Positions 38,776 to 49,913 of a stretch of 64,000 nt of DNA are shown one piece after another. The translations under genes were made by a program, and so were the position numbers. Under the pieces are notes generated by a model. It saw nothing but the letters and a program-made list of their open reading frames with translations. It did no database searches and was not told the origin of the DNA. Numbering within the stretch: the first letter of the stretch is position 1; every line of letters starts with the position of its first letter. Source of the DNA: Squalus acanthias (lineage: Eukaryota); contig JASTWF010000033.1 of the NCBI GenBank assembly GCA_030390025.1, positions 1,862,001 through 1,926,000 on the forward strand. The letters are read 5' to 3'.

Positions 38776-39723
38776 CTAGTTTAAATGCTCCCGAACTGCT
38801 TTATCAAAAATTACCCCGAGAACATCAGTTCCATCTTTGCACAGGTGTAGACCGTCCCTTTTGTATAGGTCACACCTACCACAAAACTGGTTCCAATGCC
38901 TCAAAAATTTAAAACCCTCCCTCTTACACCACTGCTCAAGCCACGTATTTAGCCTAACTATCCTGTTCTCTGTACTCTTACTAGCACGTGGCACTGGTAG
39001 TAATCCAGAGATTACTACCTTCGAGGTCCTACTTTTTAGCTTGGCTCCTAACTCCCTAAATTCTACTTGTAGGACCTCTTCCCTTTTTTTAGCTACGTCG
39101 TTGGTACCAACATGTATCACGACAACTGGCTGTTCCCCCTCCCCCTCCAGAATGTTCTGCACCCGCGCCGAGACATCCTTCACCCTTGCACCAGGGAGGC
39201 AACATACCATCCTGGAGTCTCGGTCGCGACCACAGTAACCCCTATCTATTCCCCTTACAATCGAATCCCCTATTACTATAGCCCTGCCACTCTTTTTCCC
39301 TCCCTTCTTTGCAACAGAGCCAGTCATGGTGCCATGAGCCTGGCTGCTGGTGCCTTCCCCCGATGAGTCATCCCCCCCGACAACAGCACCTAAGGCGGTG
39401 AACCTGTTGCTAAGGGAGACAACCCCAGGGGATTTCTGCACTACCTTCCTGCCCTTGCTCTGCCTTTTGGTCACCCATGTACTATCTACGCTGGCCTTAA
39501 CCTGCGGTGTGACCAACTCACTAAATGTGTTATCCACAACCCTCTCAGAATCGTGGATGCTCCAAAGTGAGTCCATCCGCAGCTCAAGGGCCGTCATGCG
39601 GTCCCACATGAGCTGCAGCTGGACACACTTCCCGCACACATGGTTGTCAGGGACACAGGAAGCTTCCCTGATTTCCCACATGTTACAGGAGGAGCATGAC
39701 ACAGGTCCGAGATCTACTGCCAT
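38776..39723 (-). CDS. CR1 ORF1p (zinc finger plus SGNH esterase), 315 aa
   Basis: CSSCNMW...CGKC; IGDSIVR, HVGTND, DGLHL; clearly homologous to ORF1 at 25828. Confidence 0.93.
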   Translation of the reverse strand: MAVDLGPVSCSSCNMWEIREASCVPDNHVCGKCVQLQLMWDRMTALELRMDSLWSIHDSERVVDNTFSELVTPQVKASVDSTWVTKRQSKGRKVVQKSPGVVSLSNRFTALGAVVGGDDSSGEGTSSQAHGTMTGSVAKKGGKKSGRAIVIGDSIVRGIDRGYCGRDRDSRMVCCLPGARVKDVSARVQNILEGEGEQPVVVIHVGTNDVAKKREEVLQVEFRELGAKLKSRTSKVVISGLLPVPRASKSTENRIVRLNTWLEQWCKREGFKFLRHWNQFCGRCDLYKRDGLHLCKDGTDVLGVIFDKAVREHLN

Positions 39724-40174
39724 GACTTAACCCTTATATTAATTTTTAATTTTCTAGTTTTAGTTTATTTATTGACTTTTGTTTTCCCGAAGCTTACTTA
39801 GACCAATGTATACTGTACTCCTCTTATTCCTTTTTAAACTAACCAAATCCCACTAGTTTTAGTTTTACTTTCTAGGAAGGTTTGAGGAAAGTACTTACCA
39901 GTTAGTCTTACCTCCCTGGTCTTTCGCTGACTTCCCGGTCTTGTGTCCCCTTGGTCCTACGCCGACTTCCCGCTCCTCCCGGTTCCTGCCCTGCTGAAAA
40001 GAAACTGAGACCAAAAAATTTGTGACCTCTGTTTTTAGACTGCTAAAAGACTAGTAGGTTAGAGGAGGAGGGCGGGTGGGGGTTCCTACTCTGTAGGAAC
40101 TCGGGTTTAAGCCACCACCCTCCTTAAATGCTGTTCACCTGGGTGCTTCCCACCTGGTCCGCTTCCGGTCTCGT

Positions 40175-43100
40175 CTCTCCCGACACTGGCCTCTGCAAAA
40201 AAAGCCCGCGAAAGCGAGTTTAAATACTCACTGTGCTGCTGCTCTCTCCGCTCCCGACACTGGCCTCTGCAAAAAAAGCCCGCGAAAGCGAGTTTAAATA
40301 CTCACTGTGCTGCTGCTCTCTCCGCTCCCGACACTGGCCTCTGCAAAAAAAGCCCGCGAAAGCGAGTTTAAATACTCACTGTGCTGCTGCTCTCTCCGCT
40401 CCCGACACTGGCCTCTGCAAAAAAAGCCCACGAAAGCGAGTTTAAATACTCACTGTGCTGCTGCTCTCTCCGCTCCCGACACTGGCCTCTGCAAAAAAAG
40501 CCCGCGAAAGTGAGTTTAAATACTCACTGTGCTGCTGCTCTCTCCGCTCCCGACACTGGCCTCTGCAAAAAAAGCCCGCGAAAGCGAGTTTAAATACTCA
40601 CTGTGCTGCTGCTCTCTCCGCTCCCGACACTGGCCTCTGCAAAAAAAGCCCGCGAAAGTGAGTTTAAATACTCACTGTGCTGCTGCTCTCTCCGCTCCCG
40701 ACACTGGCCTCTGCAAAAAAAGCCCGCGAAAGCGAGTTTAAATACTCACTGTGCTGCTGCTCTCTCCGCTCCCGACACTGGCCTCTGCAAAAAAAGCCCG
40801 CGAAAGCGAGTTTAAATACTCACTGTGCTGCTGCTCTCTCCGCTCCCGACACTGGCCTCTGCAAAAAAAGCCCGCGAAAGCGAGTTTAAATACTCACTGT
40901 GCTGCTGCTCTCTCCGCTCCCGACACTGGCCTCTGCAAAAAAAGCCCGCGAAAGTGAGTTTAAATACTCACGGTGCTGCTGCTCTCTCCGCTCCCGACAC
41001 TGGCCTCTGCAAAAAAAGCCCGCGAAAGCGAGTTTAAATACTCACTGTGCTGCTGCTCTCTCCGCTCCCGACACTGGCCTCTGCAAAAAAAGCCCGCGAA
41101 AGTGAGTTTAAATACTCACTGTGCTGCTGCTCTCTCCGCTCCCGACACTGGGCCTCTGCAAAAAAAGCCCACGAAAGTGAGTTTAAATACTCACTGTGCT
41201 GCTGCTCTCTCCGCTCCCGACACTGGCCTCTGCAAAAAAAGCCCGCGAAAGCGAGTTTAAATACTCACTGTGCTGCTGCTCTCTCCGCTCCCGACACTGG
41301 CCTCTGCAAAAAAAGCCCGCGAAAGCGAGTTTAAATACTCACTGTGCTGCTGCTCTCTCCGCTCCCGACACTGGGCTCTGCAAAAAAAGCCCACGAAAGC
41401 GAGTTTAAATACTCACTGTGCTGCTGCTCTCTCCGCTCCCGACACTGGCCTCTGCAAAAAAAGCCCGCGAAAGTGAGTTTAAATACTCACTGTGCTGCTG
41501 CTCTCTCCGCTCCCGACACTGGCCTCTGCAAAAAAAGCCCGCGAAAGCGAGTTTAAATACTCACTGTGCTGCTGCTCTCTCCGCTCCCGACACTGGCCTC
41601 TGCAAAAAAAGCCCGCGAAAGCGAGTTTAAATACTCACTGTGCTGCTGCTCTCTCCGCTCCCGACACTGGCCTCTGCAAAAAAAGCCCGCGAAAGCGAGT
41701 TTAAATACTCACTGTGCTGCTGCTCTCTCCGCTCCCGACACTGGCCTCTGCAAAAAAAGCCCGCGAAAGTGAGTTTAAATACTCACGGTGCTGCTGCTCT
41801 CTCCGCTCCCGACACTGGCCTCTGCAAAAAAAGCCCGCGAAAGCGAGTTTAAATACTCACTGTGCTGCTGCTCTCTCCGCTCCCGACACTGGCCTCTGCA
41901 AAAAAAGCCCGCGAAAGTGAGTTTAAATACTCACTGTGCTGCTGCTCTCTCCGCTCCCGACACTGGCCTCTGCAAAAAAAGCCCGCGAAAGTGAGTTTAA
42001 ATACTCACTGTGCTGCTGCTCTCTCCGCTCCCGACACTGGCCTCTGCAAAAAAAGCCCGCGAAAGTGAGTTTAAATACTCACTGTGCTGCTGCTCTCTCC
42101 GCTCCCGACACTGGCCTCTGCAAAAAAAGCCCGCGAAAGCGAGTTTAAATACTCACTGTGCTGCTGCTCTCTCCGCTCCCGACACTGGCCTCTGCAAAAA
42201 AAGCCCGCGAAAGTGAGTTTAAATACTCACTGTGCTGCTGCTCTCTCCGCTCCCGACACTGGCCTCTGCAAAAAAAGCCCGCGAAAGTGAGTTTAAATAC
42301 TCACTGTGCTGCTGCTCTCTCCGCTCCCGACACTGGCCTCTGCAAAAAAAGCCCGCGAAAGTGAGTTTAAATACTCACTGTGCTGCTGCTCTCTCCGCTC
42401 CCGACACTGGCCTCTGCAAAAAAAGCCCGCGAAAGCGAGTTTAAATACTCACTGTGCTGCTGCTCTCTCCGCTCCCGACACTGGCCTCTGCAAAAAAAGC
42501 CCGCGAAAGTGAGTTTAAATACTCACTGTGCTGCTGCTCTCTCCGCTCCCGACACTGGCCTCTGCAAAAAAAGCCCGCGAAAGTGAGTTTAAATACTCAC
42601 TGTGCTGCTGCTCTCTCCGCTCCCGACACTGGCCTCTGCAAAAAAAGCCCGCGAAAGTGAGTTTAAATACTCACTGTGCTGCTGCTCTCTCCGCTCCCGA
42701 CACTGGCCTCTGCAAAAAAAGCCCGCGAAAGTGAGTTTAAATACTCACTGTGCTGCTGCTCTCTCCGCTCCCGACACTGGCCTCTGCAAAAAAAGCCCGC
42801 GAAAGTGAGTTTAAATACTCACTGTGCTGCTGCTCTCTCCGCTCCCGACACTGGCCTCTGCAAAAAAAGCCCGCGAAAGTGAGTTTAAATACTCACTGTG
42901 CTGCTGCTCTCTCCGCTCCCGACACTGGCCTCTGCAAAAAAAGCCCGCGAAAGTGAGTTTAAATACTCACTGTGCTGCTGCTCTCTCCGCTCCCGACACT
43001 GGCCTCTGCAAAAAAAGCCCGCGAAAGCGAGTTTAAATACTCACTGTGCTGCTGCTCTCTCCGCTCCCGACACTGGCCTCTGCAAAAAAAGCCCGCGAAA

Positions 43101-46100
43101 GCGAGTTTAAATACTCACTGTGCTGCTGCTCTCTCCGCTCCCGACACTGGCCTCTGCAAAAAAAGCCCGCGAAAGCGAGTTTAAATACTCACTGTGCTGC
43201 TGCTCTCTCCGCTCCCGACACTGGCCTCTGCAAAAAAAGCCCGCGAAAGCGAGTTTAAATACTCACTGTGCTGCTGCTCTCTCCGCTCCCGACACTGGCC
43301 TCTGCAAAAAAAGCCCGCGAAAGCGAGTTTAAATACTCACTGTGCTGCTGCTCTCTCCGCTCCCGACACTGGCCTCTGCAAAAAAAGCCCGCGAAAGTGA
43401 GTTTAAATACTCACTGTGCTGCTGCTCTCTCCGCTCCCGACACTGGCCTCTGCAAAAAAAGCCCGCGAAAGCGAGTTTAAATACTCACTGTGCTGCTGCT
43501 CTCTCCGCTCCCGACACTGGCCTCTGCAAAAAAAGCCCGCGAAAGTGAGTTTAAATACTCACTGTGCTGCTGCTCTCTCCGCTCCCGACACTGGCCTCTG
43601 CAAAAAAAGCCCGCGAAAGTGAGTTTAAATACTCACTGTGCTGCTGCTCTCTCCGCTCCCGACACTGGCCTCTGCAAAAAAAGCCCGCGAAAGTGAGTTT
43701 AAATACTCACTGTGCTGCTGCTCTCTCCGCTCCCGACACTGGCCTCTGCAAAAAAAGCCCGCGAAAGTGAGTTTAAATACTCACTGTGCTGCTGCTCTCT
43801 CCGCTCCCGACACTGGCCTCTGCAAAAAAAGCCCGCGAAAGTGAGTTTAAATACTCACTGTGCTGCTGCTCTCTCCGCTCCCGACACTGGCCTCTGCAAA
43901 AAAAGCCCGCGAAAGTGAGTTTAAATACTCACTGTGCTGCTGCTCTCTCCGCTCCCGACACTGGCCTCTGCAAAAAAAGCCCGCGAAAGTGAGTTTAAAT
44001 ACTCACTGTGCTGCTGCTCTCTCCGCTCCCGACACTGGGCCTCTGCAAAAAAAGCCCGCGAAAGTGAGTTTAACTACTCACTGTGCTGCTGCTCTCTCCG
44101 CTCCCGACACTGGCCTCTGCAAAAAAAGCCCGCGAAAGTGAGTTTAAATACTCACTGTGCTGCTGCTCTCTCCGCTCCCGACACTGGCCTCTGCAAAAAA
44201 AGCCCGCGAAAGTGAGTTTAAATACTCACTGTGCTGCTGCTCTCTCCGCTCCCGACACTGGCCTCTGCAAAAAAAGCCCGCGAAAGCGAGTTTAAATACT
44301 CACTGTGCTGCTGCTCTCTCCGCTCCCGACACTGGCCTCTGCAAAAAAAAGCCCGCGAAAGTGAGTTTAAATACTCACTGTGCTGCTGCTCTCTCCGCTC
44401 CCGACACTGGCCTCTGCAAAAAAAGCCCGCGAAAGTGAGTTTAAATACTCACTGTGCTGCTGCTCTCGTCCGCTCCCGACACTGGCCTCTGCAAAAAAAG
44501 CCCGCGAAAGTGAGTTTAAATACTCACTGTGCTGCTGCTCTCTCCGCTCCCGACACTGGCCTCTGCAAAAAAAGCCCGCGAAAGTGAGTTTAAATACTCA
44601 CTGTGCTGCTGCTCTCTCCGCTCCCGACACTGGCCTCTGCAAAAAAAGCCCGCGAAAGCGAGTTTAAATACTCACTGTGCTGCTGCTCTCTCCGCTCCCG
44701 ACACTGGCCTCTGCAAAAAAAAGCCCGCGAAAGTGAGTTTAAATACTCACTGTGCTGCTGCTCTCTCCGCTCCCGACACTGGCCTCTGCAAAAAAAGCCC
44801 GCGAAAGTGAGTTTAAATACTCACTGTGCTGCTGCTCTCTCCGCTCCCGACACTGGCCTCTGCAAAAAAAGCCCGCGAAAGTGAGTTTAAATACTCACTG
44901 TGCTGCTGCTCTCTCCGCTCCCGACACTGGCCTCTGCAAAAAAAGCCCGCGAAAGTGAGTTTAAATACTCACTGTGCTGCTGCTCTCTCCGCTCCCGACA
45001 CTGGCCTCTGCAAAAAAAGCCCGCGAAAGTGAGTTTAAATACTCACTGTGCTGCTGCTGCTCTCTCCGCTCCCGACACTGGCCTCTGCAAAAAAAGCCCG
45101 CGAAAGTGAGTTTAAATACTCACTGTGCTGCTGCTCTCTCCGCTCCCGACACTGGCCTCTGCAAAAAAAGCCCGCGAAAGTGAGTTTAAATACTCACTGT
45201 GCTGCTGCTCTCTCCGCTCCCGACACTGGCCTCTGCAAAAAAAGCCCGCGAAAGCGAGTTTAAATACTCACTGTGCTGCTGCTCTCTCCGCTCCCGACAC
45301 TGGCCTCTGCAAAAAAAGCCCGCGAAAGTGAGTTTAAATACTCACTGTGCTGCTGCTCTCTCCGCTCCCGACACTGGCCTCTGCAAAAAAAGCCCGCGAA
45401 AGCGAGTTTAAATACTCACTGTGCTGCTGCTCTCTCCGCTCCCGACACTGGCCTCTGCAAAAAAAGCCCGCGAAAGTGAGTTTAAATACTCACTGTGCTG
45501 CTGCTCTCTCCGCTCCCGACACTGGCCTCTGCAAAAAAAGCCCGCGAAAGCGAGTTTAAATACTCACTGTGCTGCTGCTCTCGTCCTCTCCCGACACTGG
45601 CCTCTGCAAAAAAAGCCCGCGAAAGCGAGTTTAAATACTCACTGTGCTGCTGCTCTCTCCGCTCCCGACACTGGGCCTCTGCAAAAAAAGCCCGCGAAAG
45701 CGAGTTTAAATACTCACTGTGCTGCTGCTCTCTCCGCTCCCGACACTGGCCTCTGCAAAAAAAGCCCGCGAAAGTGAGTTTAAATACTCACTGTGCTGCT
45801 GCTCTCTCCGCTCCCGACACTGGCCTCTGCAAAAAAAGCCCGCGAAAGTGAGTTTAAATACTCACTGTGCTGCTGCTCTCTCCGCTCCCGACACTGGCCT
45901 CTGCAAAAAAAGCCCGCGAAAGTGAGTTTAAATACTCACTGTGCTGCTGCTCTCTCCGCTCCCGACACTGGCCTCTGCAAAAAAAGCCCGCGAAAGCGAG
46001 TTTAAATACTCACTGTGCTGCTGCTCTCTCCGCTCCCGACACTGGCCTCTGCAAAAAAAAGCCCGCGAAAGTGAGTTTAAATACTCACTGTGCTGCTGCT

Positions 46101-48950
46101 CTCTCCGCTCCCGACACTGGCCTCTGCAAAAAAAGCCCGCGAAAGCGAGTTTAAATACTCACTGTGCTGCTGCTCTCTCCGCTCCCGACACTGGCCTCTG
46201 CAAAAAAAGCCCGCGAAAGTGAGTTTAAATACTCACTGTGCTGCTGCTCTCTCCGCTCCCGACACTGGCCTCTGCAAAAAAAGCCCGCGAAAGTGAGTTT
46301 AAATACTCACTGTGCTGCTGCTCTCTCCGCTCCCGACACTGGCCTCTGCAAAAAAAGCCCGCGAAAGTGAGTTTAAATACTCACTGTGCTGCTGCTCTCT
46401 CCGCTCCCGACACTGGCCTCTGCAAAAAAAGCCCGCGAAAGCGAGTTTAAATACTCACTGTGCTGCTGCTCTCTCCGCTCCCGACACTGGCCTCTGCAAA
46501 AAAAGCCCGCGAAAGTGAGTTTAAATACTCACTGTGCTGCTGCTCTCTCCGCTCCCGACACTGGCCTCTGCAAAAAAAGCCCGCGAAAGTGAGTTTAAAT
46601 ACTCACTGTGCTGCTGCTCTCTCCGCTCCCGACACTGGCCTCTGCAAAAAAAGCCCGCGAAAGTGAGTTTAAATACTCACTGTGCTGCTGCTCTCTCCGC
46701 TCCCGACACTGGCCTCTGCAAAAAAAAGCCCGCGAAAGTGAGTTTAAATACTCACTGTGCTGCTGCTCTCTCCGCTCCCGACACTGGCCTCTGCAAAAAA
46801 AGCCCGCGAAAGTGAGTTTAAATACTCACTGTGCTGCTGCTCTCTCCGCTCCCGACACTGGCCTCTGCAAAAAAAGCCCGCGAAAGCGAGTTTAAATACT
46901 CACTGTGCTGCTGCTCTCTCCGCTCCCGACACTGGCCTCTGCAAAAAAAGCCCGCGAAAGTGAGTTTAAATACTCACTGTGCTGCTGCTCTCTCCGCTCC
47001 CGACACTGGCCTCTGCAAAAAAAAGCCCGCGAAAGTGAGTTTAAATACTCACTGTGCTGCTGCTGCTCTCTCCGCTCCCGACACTGGGCTCTGCAAAAAA
47101 AGCCCACGAAAGCGAGTTTAAATACTCACTGTGCTGCTGCTCTCGTCCTCTCCCGACACTGGCCTCTGCAAAAAAAGCCCGCGAAAGTGAGTTTAAATAC
47201 TCACTGTGCTGCTGCTCTCTCCGCTCCCGACACTGGCCTCTGCAAAAAAAGCCCGCGAAAGTGAGTTTAAATACTCACTGTGCTGCTGCTCTCTCCGCTC
47301 CCGACACTGGCCTCTGCAAAAAAAGCCCGCGAAAGTGAGTTTAAATACTCACTGTGCTGCTGCTCTCTCCGCTCCCGACACTGGCCTCTGCAAAAAAAGC
47401 CCGCGAAAGTGAGTTTAAATACTCACTGTGCTGCTGCTCTCTCCGCTCCCGACACTGGCCTCTGCAAAAAAAGCCCGCGAAAGTGAGTTTAAATACTCAC
47501 TGTGCTGCTGCTCTCTCCGCTCCCGACACTGGCCTCTGCAAAAAAAGCCCGCGAAAGTGAGTTTAAATACTCACTGTGCTGCTGCTCTCTCCGCTCCCGA
47601 CACTGGCCTCTGCAAAAAAAGCCCGCGAAAGTGAGTTTAAATACTCACTGTGCTGCTGCTCTCTCCGCTCCCGACACTGGCCTCTGCAAAAAAAGCCCGC
47701 GAAAGTGAGTTTAAATACTCACTGTGCTGCTGCTGCTCTCTCCGCTCCCGACACTGGCCTCTGCAAAAAAAAGCCCGCGAAAGTGAGTTTAAGTACTCAC
47801 TGTGCTGCTGCTCTCTCCGCTCCCGACACTGGCCTCTGCAAAAAAAGCCCGCGAAAGTGAGTTTAAATACTCACTGTGCTGCTGCTCTCTCCGCTCCCGA
47901 CACTGGCCTCTGCAAAAAAAGCCCGCGAAAGTGAGTTTAAATACTCACTGTGCTGCTGCTGCTCTCTCCGCTCCCGACACTGGCCTCTGCAAAAAAAGCC
48001 CGCGAAAGCGAGTTTAAATACTCACTGTGCTGCTGCTCTCTCCGCTCCCGACACTGGCCTCTGCAAAAAAAGCCCGCGAAAGTGAGTTTAAATACTCACT
48101 GTGCTGCTGCTCTCTCCGCTCCCGACACTGGCCTCTGCAAAAAAAGCCCGCGAAAGTGAGTTTAAATACTCACTGTGCTGCTGCTCTCGTCCGCTCCCGA
48201 CACTGGCCTCTGCAAAAAAAGCCCGCGAAAGCGAGTTTAAATACTCACTGTGCTGCTGCTCTCTCCGCTCCCGACACTGGCCTCTGCAAAAAAAGCCCGC
48301 GAAAGCGAGTTTAAATACTCACTGTGCTGCTGCTCTCTCCGCTCCCGACACTGGCCTCTGCAAAAAAAGCCCGCGAAAGTGAGTTTAAATACTCACTGTG
48401 CTGCTGCTCTCTCCGCTCCCGACACTGGCCTCTGCAAAAAAAGCCCGCGAAAGTGAGTTTAAATACTCACTGTGCTGCTGCTCTCTCCGCTCCCGACACT
48501 GGCCTCTGCAAAAAAAGCCCGCGAAAGTGAGTTTAAATACTCACTGTGCTGCTGCTCTCTCCGCTCCCGACACTGGCCTCTGCAAAAAAAGCCCGCGAAA
48601 GTGAATTTAAATACTCACTGTGCTGCTGCTCTCTCCGCTCCCGACACTGGCCTCTGCAAAAAAAAGCCCGCGAAAGTGAATTTAAATACTCACTGTGCTG
48701 CTGCTCTCTCCGCTCCCGACACTGGCCTCTGCAAAAAAAAGCCCGCGAAAGTGAATTTAAATACTCACTGTGCTGCTGCTCTCTCCGCTCCCGACACTGG
48801 CCTCTGCAAAAAAAAGCCCGCGAAAGTGAGTTTAAATACTCACTGTGCTGCTGCTCTCTCCGCTCCCGACACTGCCCTCTGCAAAAAAAGCCCGCGAAAG
48901 TGAGTTCAAATACTCACTGTGCTGCTGCTCTCTCTGCTCCCGACATTGGC
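40175..48950 (-). repeat. ~118 x 74-bp highly homogeneous tandem array at the 5' end of CR1-A3
   Basis: Unit on + is CTCTCTCCGCTCCCGACACTGGCCTCTGCAAAAAAAGCCCGCGAAAG(T/C)GAGTTTAAATACTCACTGTGCTGCTG; ORF starts recur every 74 bp. Confidence 0.98.
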
Positions 48951-49522
48951 AGCAAAATCGATCCTGTCCTTGAATTCATCCAAACCATCGAATATAAACA
49001 GCAATCCCTCTGGGTTCTTCCAGAGCTCTCCAAGAATATTCCCGAAGTAAGGATATAAAATGAGTATCAGGTTCCACAGGGTTATTCTACAGTTGATAGC
49101 GTTCAAATCCCTGAATTTAAAACTGAAAACAACTTGAAATTGTGGGTATATTTTCCCAGTGGCCCAGTCATGAACAATCTTTTGTACCATTGTTGTTTTT
49201 CCAATCCCCGGGACTCCGCTCACTGCTCCTGAACTCCCAGAATTGGATTTTCTCCGTGAAAAACAGCTCTGGAACAATTGATCAGTTCGGATTTTTTCCA
49301 GCTCTCTCTTGAGATCTTTCTCTCTCCACTCTTCATGGTCTCGGCCTCTTGCCAGCAGTTCATGTTCTACAAGTGTCCGATCTCGAACAGTAGAAATGAC
49401 CGTTAGCTCAGCGTATCGATCAACCAGCTGGAAAATCTTAACCTTCTCCTTTATTAGGATAGTGTTCACTCTCAGTGTTTCAGTTTGTACCCGGAGTGTT
49501 TCCTTGTGTTTCTGTTGAACAT
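48950..49522 (-). pseudogene. NLR-family (NLRC3/NLRP-like) gene: 5' part of the large NACHT exon, truncated just after Walker B
   Basis: Acceptor ttctatctgttctaattgaAG at 49523-49524; DVQQKHKETL..., Walker A GVPGIGKTT, FSFKFRDLN, Walker B LLFIFDGLDE, then a switch into array sequence. Confidence 0.9.
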
Positions 49523-49913
49523 CTTCAATTAGAACAGATAGAAAGTGGTTCTCAGTATTAGTTGTATTGACAAAAAACAACTTCTCAATACTATTTCACT
49601 ATTCAGTAAAATATTGCAAGATTTAATTCACAGCTTCAATAGAGAGGCATGCAGAAATTAAAACTCAGTTAATGCAAACTTCGCTGGAAAGTGAACAATG
49701 GCCAAAATGTTTTCAAATTCTCACTTAATTCTAATATTCACTGAACATGGAGATTTCTGAGAGTGATATTTTCCCTCTGATAGTTAATGCCATCAGCGCT
49801 GCATTATACTGTAGATATCTCATTACAAATCCACACAAGACCCTGGTTATACAACAGTAGTGGATCTCATTGATCAATCTTCCAAGGGAGTAGCTAGAAG
49901 AAACGAGAAGGAT

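Larger units (their letters stand above)
35735..40175 (-). mobile_element. CR1 LINE, subfamily A, full-length copy A3 (5' UTR, ORF1, ORF2, 3' UTR, tail)
   Basis: Two long uninterrupted ORFs, ~450-bp 5' UTR continuing into the 74-bp array, (TATGTATC)n tail. Confidence 0.97.

Noticed and set aside
40175..48950. 74-bp array as CRISPR array, tRNA/5S/snRNA cluster or peptide-coding repeat
   Set aside because: No variable spacers or cas genes, no cloverleaf or recognisable RNA gene, and each ORF stops within about three units.
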